64,000 nucleotides of DNA, from the NCBI GenBank assembly GCA_012295275.1, contig CM022678.1, positions 15,624,001 to 15,688,000 of the forward strand, in the 5' to 3' direction. Positions 47,001 through 64,000 of the stretch are shown piece by piece (positions within the stretch are counted from its first letter, which is position 1; the number at the start of each line of letters is the position of its first letter). Source of the DNA: Chrysomallon squamiferum (lineage: Eukaryota; Animalia; Mollusca). Both the position numbers and the translations under genes were made by a program. The notes under the pieces were generated by a model. The model made no database searches. It was not told the origin of the DNA and saw only the letters and a list, made by a program, of their open reading frames with translations.

Positions 47001-47033
<33 letters not shown>

Positions 47034-47186
47034 CCTCTCCATATTCACATTATTTTAATCTTTTTTATTTATTTCATAATAATCCACGGAGTTTGTTGTT
47101 CTTATTCTTCATCCATTTTTCATAGAAACTGATCATCTTCATTTTCTTCATTGGGTTTTGATGTAATTTGGAAATCATCGTCAAGT

Positions 47187-56288
<9,102 letters not shown>

Positions 56289-57275
56289 CGTTATAGTTTT
56301 GTCCTCTGTATTTATCTCCCCTGATCCTCTCTCAGGTATTCTTCAGTTGTTCATTTTATGCAAATCAAAGAAAATATTCTCATTAATAAAACTGTGTATA
56401 CATCCAACAGTTCATTAAGAAGTCAGTTCTAAACAATTAAACGCTTTAAATGAAACATTTAATACGCCACAATATGCCACAATCTCCTGAAATGTCCTCT
56501 TAATATATATATATGATAAAACGTAGAAACGAGAATTTCCCAATCTTGCTTAAAGTTATTTGAGAGAAAGAAAAAAAATAATTATAAAGAAAATGAAAAA
56601 GTAAATTAATTAAATCTGGAATTATAATTTTCTCTACTTATGTGTAATGTAGACTGGGATGTCTTTCAGTAGCAATTTGATGTCCAAACTGAAAAAGTGA
56701 CAGATCTGACAAAGGACACAGCTCATACAGAAACACAAATAAGTAAATAAATAAATAAGTAAATAAATAAATAAATAAAATAAAATAAAATAAAATAAAA
56801 TAAAATAAAATAAAATAAAATAAAATAAGTAAATAAATAAGTAAATAAATAAATAAATAAAATTAAATAAATAAATTAATTAATTAATTAATTAATGACC
56901 GAGCTGCACTGCTCTCTGCAAATGTCAGAATTCTGATTGCAGCAACCTTTCTGACTACAGAGTGAAGCAGGTGAAGATGAAGATGAAGTTATAGGAGAAT
57001 GAAGAAGGATGACTTATCAGAAGATAGTGAACACCTGATTTAACTCACAAAATGTGTCATGACAGATCTGTTCTAAATTATATGTCTAAAGAATCTAACC
57101 TGTTAACTTTTATTTTCTCCCAGATCTTATTCACTGTGTTGTCCCGCGTATTTCCCTGAACAAAATTAAATAGGTTGCGTCTGACTACTTCTCTAACCTC
57201 ATTTGTGTTCAAATGTTGGCCCTGAACCTGATTTTCTACGCAGATATGCCATTTTCTGTGTTTTTCATGAGTGAC

Positions 57276-57288
57276 GGCGGCCATCTTG
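57276..57288 (-). promoter_or_regulatory. YY1-like motif CAAGATGGCCGCC ~1 kb upstream of the copy-2 start codon; candidate promoter or first exon
   Basis: + strand reads GGCGGCCATCTTG; it is oriented toward the copy-2 signal-peptide exon. Confidence 0.4.
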
Positions 57289-57907
57289 GATTTTGATGAT
57301 TACAGGTGACAAAACATTTTTTAGCTAAGATTTTTGTATCCAAATGATGTCAAATCAATTACTATATCACTTCCTACGGGACTCTGAAATCCATACATGG
57401 CGAACTAAACTAGTGACTTTACAACACAGTTATCTCTAAGCTGTAAAATTATACTTGAACAGTTTTTAATATCGCTAGTGATCTGTTTTCCTTTTTATTA
57501 ACTATAAGTGATTGAAGTTACTCTGAAGAATAATCCTCTAGCTAGACAAACGAGAAGAAGATGAGACAAAAATGAATACTATGTATTCATAGTTCTGAGG
57601 TATATTTAGAAAAAGAAGGTTGCCAATAAAATAAAATAAAACAATATTACGGCGATACAATTTTACAAAACAACAAACCTTTTCTCCCATGACCCGACAG
57701 AAAAGAACAACAAAATGCTGTGACGTACTGAGTTAATATTACGTTACAGTAATTAGTATTCAGTTATTGTTTTATTTAGATTGATTTGCTATTCACTATT
57801 TATGGATTTAGTATAAACAGATTTAAAAAAAAATTAAAAAATAAAGAATGACAAGAAAAACCTAAGGAATCAACGTGGTAAATTATTATTTATTTTAAAT
57901 CTGAATT

Positions 57908-57958
<51 letters not shown>

Positions 57959-58097
57959 TTCACTGTTTATTGATTTAGTATAAACATATTTTAAAACTAA
58001 TAATGATAATTGTACTTGCTTTTGGTGCAGTGAAACTTTTATATATAAACAGTAAATGAGTAAAGTCTTTGGTGGGACAGATGGTGTATAGTATATA

Positions 58098-58133
<36 letters not shown>

Positions 58134-58421
58134 GCGTGTGTGTGTGTGCGTGTGTGTGTGTGTGTGTGTGTCTCGTAACCACTCGTTCATCAGAGATTTA
58201 TGAGATATGAAGGTTATTTGAAATGAATATCTACTGACTTGCCTTTTAACATAATCAATGTTATTTCTCACTGTAAAGACAGATGTATTTGTAACTGTTT
58301 CTCTTAGGTCGTTTTTGTTATTTATTAGATCTGGTTAGCATTGATTTTATAGTAATTCATTCAGTTAAAGGCCCTGCAGAATAACTTCATTATAGCTTCA
58401 TTATCAGACAGAAAACAATGA

Positions 58422-58492
<71 letters not shown>

Positions 58493-58838
58493 GAACAACA
58501 AATTATATTTTTTAACCTATATTCGTTCGTAGAATACAGAGCTGTATTGATAGAAAAATATAAAAATTAAATTAAATTTTAATACTCATGTGCAACGAAT
58601 GCACATCTGTCTGCAATTTAATGAAGATGCATGTGACAAAGAATGTCTATAAAATAATACTAGACTGAATTAAAAAATAAATAAATAAAATAAAATAATA
58701 CTAGCCTGGATTAAAAAAATAAATAAATAAAATAAAATTGTCAATAAAACTGCTATATATAAAAAAAGAAAATAAATAAAAATTTGAAGTTTGTTTTTAT
58801 GTGTGTGTTTGTGTGTGTGAGAGTATGTATGTATATAT

Positions 58839-58926
<88 letters not shown>

Positions 58927-59026
58927 TGTGTTTAGATGTTTACACACACACACACAGAACTATTTATGAATTTCATGCAATAAAGAATGTCTATAACATA
59001 ATACACCCTGGTTTGAAGAAAAAGAA

Positions 59027-59077
<51 letters not shown>

Positions 59078-59398
59078 GTAAATAAATAAATACAACTAAA
59101 TATAAATTTGCCAATAAATCAACTATATGTAGAAAAAAGAAGATAGCTGCCTAGTTTTGAAAGTTTTTATTTTTAGTTGATTTTTATATTGTCATCCAAG
59201 CTAATTCGATGCCCTCAGTGAATCATAAAATGTTATTTATTACAGATTTTTTACATGTACGCGTGCGAAAGGTCTAATTTTTATATTATATTCTGAATTA
59301 ACAATAATAAGCGTGTATTAAATATCAAATAAAAATAAATTATCCTTTTTTAAAAAAATATTAAATTAAGAAATGTTATAAAATAGTTTCCAAATTTA

Positions 59399-59470
<72 letters not shown>

Positions 59471-60180
59471 TAATCAAAATCAAAATTAAAAAGAAAATAG
59501 CTAATAATAATTGACAATTCCGTTAATTTTGTTTTTGAAAAAAGTACAGTTTTAATTTTATTAGATAAAAATTGATAAAAATAAAATTTCTAAATGTGAC
59601 GTAACTCGCTACTCGTTTCAGTGTTTCATTCCCTTTACTCGAATAATAATAGATATATTGCGTAAATTAATTAATCTGTTCTTATTACTCTGTTTCTCAC
59701 TCCTTAGCAATAAATGCGCTGAATGATAATAACTAGTTTGTCTTTCTTTTCATTGTGTTTTATTTGTTAACAGAAAAATGACAAAAACAACTGAAAATAT
59801 TTTAGCACAAGAAACATCTTTTATCCCACGAATAATAATTAAATTAAAAAATATTTGATAACCTCATTAAAATGATTTGTAAATTATTCTGAACTAATTT
59901 AATCAGGGTGCATAATAAACCCAAAATTTAAGACAAGTATTTATCTATCTATCTATCTATCTGGATAGATAGATAGATAGAAAGATACACCAATATCTAT
60001 CCACCTATCTGTCTATCTATCTATAAAATTTAGAAAAATTTAAATAATATGAAAAGTGTTTAGCTTGCTTAACTATAAAAACAATGACTAGTAGTAATAT
60101 CAGAAATTCTGGTATTTAAGTGCGTGTGCATGTGTGCAGGAGTAAAAGTAATTCCTATTTGTTTTTTGTTTTATAGTATG

Positions 60181-60241
<61 letters not shown>

Positions 60242-60361
60242 GTTTAATCTTTTTTATTTATTTCATAATAATCCACAGAGTTTGTTGTTCTTATTTTTCA
60301 TAGAAACTGATCATCATTTTCTTCATTGGGTTTTGATGTAATTTGGAAATCATCGTCAAGT

Positions 60362-60911
60362 TTACTGTTAAATACACAATTAACAAGATTATTATAATTA
60401 TTATTATTTTTTCACAATTACTACTACTACTACTACTACTACTAATAATAATAATAATAATGTTTAGCTTGGTAGAAAATAGTAGAATCAGTACTGCTAA
60501 TAATATATCAGAAATTCTTGTATTTAATACAGCAATCGAAAATTAACAGAAAAAATAAATTTATTTCAAGATTGTGATTATTAAATATATTAATCTGTTG
60601 CTCAATGCAAAAAAATGTCATGTTTGTTATTTTCACAGTTACACTTCATGTTCATGTTTCAAAGAAAAAGATGAAAGGCATTTTCAGATAGTTTTCTGTA
60701 TAGCATGTTTCTATATGCAATTCAGCTTTCTGAATTCAGTGAAAAAAATATTAATCAAACTTACTTTTTTCGCCAAACCGTTTCCAGAATCATTATCAGC
60801 TGTAAAATATTTTAAAAAACGTCAAATGATTCTTTTACAGAAACTGGACAAATTCATTCTACGAAACGGAAAACATATTTGAAAGTTATCCCATACATAA
60901 TAACATAAAAA

Positions 60912-60942
<31 letters not shown>

Positions 60943-63202
60943 TAAACACAGACACACGCACATATAGACATATATAGGTATATACAGCTAATAGTTTGTT
61001 TTTTTATTAAAACTGTGAATATTACAGACATGAACTGAATACTATTCCTTTAATAGTGATAAAAACATTTTCCCAAGCACATGTGAATGAAATTATTATT
61101 AATTACTGAGTAACTTTTATTCAATATTTTCTAAAAAGTATCATTACGAAGTGTTACAGACAGGCTTAGACAGGCTCTTACTTTTCCGTCGCTTGCAGCA
61201 GATTATAACAATGACGATGATGACAGCAACAACAGCAGCACCAACAAGTGATGCGAATAAATAATAAGTCACCACATCACGTTCAGCAGCAGCACATTCA
61301 GAAATCTCTAAAAATACAACATCTTCATCAGCAACTACTTCAATACATCTCTGATACGATAAATATGACACTGATATCATTTGAAATAATGAGCATTACA
61401 TACATTTCCACACACACATACAGAGACCTACACATACACACACACTCACACACACATATATATATATACATATACATACACAGATTCTTAAAAGTATATC
61501 TATGATAGACTGATGGAGGAATTTGTTTTATTATTATTATTTTAGTTGTTAAAAGTAACCTATTACGTACAAATCCCATATTAAACCTTCTTTTATATAT
61601 TAAAGACCTACCTGTCAAATCAGCAATAACAACTCTTGTTGTCACGTTCACAGCGTCGTATGCATGATAGACTTTTCTCGTGTAGGTCCCTCTGACAGTC
61701 TCGTACAGAGGATAGCTCAGCAAGGAGGTGTTAATAAAGGCTGTCAGTGTTTCTCGGTCGTAAGTGATATGATGGGACACGATGTCCTTTTGTGCTACGT
61801 CTTTGAAAATCCAGTCATACTTTACTTTCAGTCGCTCTTTTGTGGTCGCTCTTACAGTTAAATCTATGACGTCACCTTTTGTTATTTCCTGGATCTCGGG
61901 TGGACGCTGAATGATGATGATAGGAACTGAGAAAACACAAAACAATTTATGTGAGTGATTTTCTTTTTCTTTTTAAGTTTTAATTAGTTTCTAAAATTAT
62001 TATTAGGTTATTTCTGTACTGGAGAATTTAATATTTGAATGTAGTCATTTAATACATAACCATAAAATATCTTCTTTAACACACGACACACACATATGCA
62101 TATACAATCAAACTCGTACGCATGCACATAATCATCATAAACTAACATCTACACAAACACACTATAAATTCACAGACGCCTACATGCTGACACACATACA
62201 CATAGATGTGTAGCCATTTTCTACTTTGTAAATCTTGATTAACAGTTTATGTTAATAAATTATATACAATATTATTATCACAAAAACACGAGTTAAAAAT
62301 AAAATAACAACCAATAAATACTGCCATCCTTTTCAATGCTTCCTTCAAAAAACTGTAAGAAAAACATTATCAACTATCAATAAAAAAAACAAGCCTTAGT
62401 TATAATAATAATAATAAAACTTACAGATCACATTGAGACATCCATCTCCAACTACACTACCAACATCATTTCTTACACGACACTGGAAACAGGAAATATC
62501 TTCCTGTTTGTTTACATTTTTCACTGTCAGTCTACGTTTGTTGTCTGAGAAAATATACTTTTCAGGATCTGAAAAACAACGACAAAAAACCCAAGAATTA
62601 ATTTACTTTACCAAATAAATTATATTTTATACTTGATTATAACAGTATATTTACTACTTTCAAGACTGGTAAACATTTCATAGATGAATATATTGCTATA
62701 CTGATAATTAAATTGTTTTACTCTTTAACATCTGAAAATACTGTTCATATTTCATATAAGTTCATCTTACAGTATTCATACTTTTTGAAAATTTGATTTT
62801 GATTTAAATATTTTCGATCCAGTCATTATTTACTATCATTTGTAAATTCAGTTGTTTAAATATTTTTATTTCATTATTGCTTTATATCTTTTTGAAGAGA
62901 TGTAAGCTGGGTTTTCAGTTTATGTATTAATTAATGGATGAATTTGAAAGTTAAAATGAATCAAAATATTTTAAGTACTATTTCCACTATTTAAGTTTAA
63001 AGAAATTTAAGAATATTTAAATCAGTATAAACTGAGATGTGAAGATACCAACCAACATTTGACCAATCTCTTGCATTCTTGAACCAAGTCGGAGGGGGAG
63101 GTTCTGTCTCCCCGGATGCTGCACGTGTAACACACGTGAACTCAGCGTCTTTACCCTGAGTGACAGTCTGTGAGTGAAGTCCTTCTACCACTATAGGCGG
63201 GG
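60362..63202 (-). CDS. Neuroglian/L1-derived Ig receptor, copy 3 (3' half; 5' exons beyond window end)
   Basis: Exons 63202-63053, 62568-62425, 61926-61612, 61307-61182 (TM), 60799-60765, TAA 60364-60362. Same phases as copies 1 and 2; no frame defect seen. Confidence 0.88.
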
Positions 63203-64000
63203 CTGAAACACGTCACAGTACTAATTAATAGTTATTATTATTATATTACTATTATTATTTTTATTTTTATTATTACTAATTATGAGTATTATCAGTATTA
63301 GTATTATTACAATTTTTTATATTATTATTATTATTAACATCATCATCATTATTATAATTATTATAATAAGTTGTTTATTATGTTTATTATTGTTTATTAT
63401 TTTAATTATATATTATTATTGTTATTATTATTATTATTGTTATTGTTGTTTATTTTTATCTTTGTTATTGTTTGTTATTACTAATTATATAATACTACTG
63501 TTATGTTTATTATTATTAACTGCATAACATGGCTTGACAAAAAGACTAAAAGGTGTCTGGAATATTGGTTCTGTATTGTAAAACTAAGTTTCCGTATTAA
63601 TATTTGTAGTTTGCTACTTAACCATTAACTTTGATTTGCTCAGAAATATTTGACATATAATTTTGCGTTGTGGAACTAAGTTTATTAATTAAATCTTTTA
63701 GTAAAATATACTTAACAGTATATCTGTTTTACAATGTTTCATAATGAAACCTTTCAGAACAATGGCTGTAAAACTAATACTGCTTAGAAAGTATGCCTAA
63801 TAATAACTGTTTAACAACCATTCCTCTCTAAGTACTTCACTTCCAGAGCGCAAGTTGACCTCATCGACAAGCAGACTATGTGCCAAGGTCAGCACAATTA
63901 GATCATGTACACTTTGATTATATTGATCAGTAGACTTGTTTTGAACTGAGAACTTTGACTGCATTGTTCAATAGACTTGTTTTGAACTGCGAACGTTGAC

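Larger units (their letters stand above)
57273..64000 (-). repeat. Right arm of inverted segmental duplication (partner ~3090-10395)
   Basis: Collinear reverse-complement similarity of intergenic, intron and exon blocks. Confidence 0.85.

Noticed and set aside
47002-47031. Poly(T) tract as the poly(A) tail of a retrocopy
   Set aside because: Copy 2 retains all introns; no TSD seen; homopolymers are common here.
57078-57284. 68-aa ORF MAAVTHEK..
   Set aside because: No recognisable homology; truncated after four codons in the other duplication arm; better explained as a YY1-type promoter or UTR element.

Overview
AT-rich, microsatellite-dense animal genomic DNA with GT-AG introns. A mollusc/lophotrochozoan origin is my inference from composition and gene types. 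Most long ORFs in the track are simple-repeat artefacts; the real genes are spliced and I reconstructed them by hand. Contents: (1) three recent paralogues of a neuroglian/L1CAM-derived 5-Ig single-pass receptor with a very short tail (copy 1 on + at <264-7177; complete copy 2 on - at 47187-56288; partial copy 3 on - at 60362->63202); (2) the 3' end of a neuroglian-like gene carrying the FIGQY ankyrin-binding tail but no FN3 exons (41909-44038), whose 5' exons are absent; (3) a 26-exon, ~14-repeat cadherin gene (15108-~39717) built from a triplicated exon module, which breaks off at its transmembrane segment just upstream of the orphan neuroglian 3' end; (4) a two-exon fragment of an APOO/MIC26-MIC27-like gene (11115-11905, -); (5) many minisatellites, several made of tandem copies of splice acceptor sites. 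Scattered 1-bp frameshifts and three truncated genes mean consensus errors or mis-joins must be excluded before the most exciting readings are accepted.
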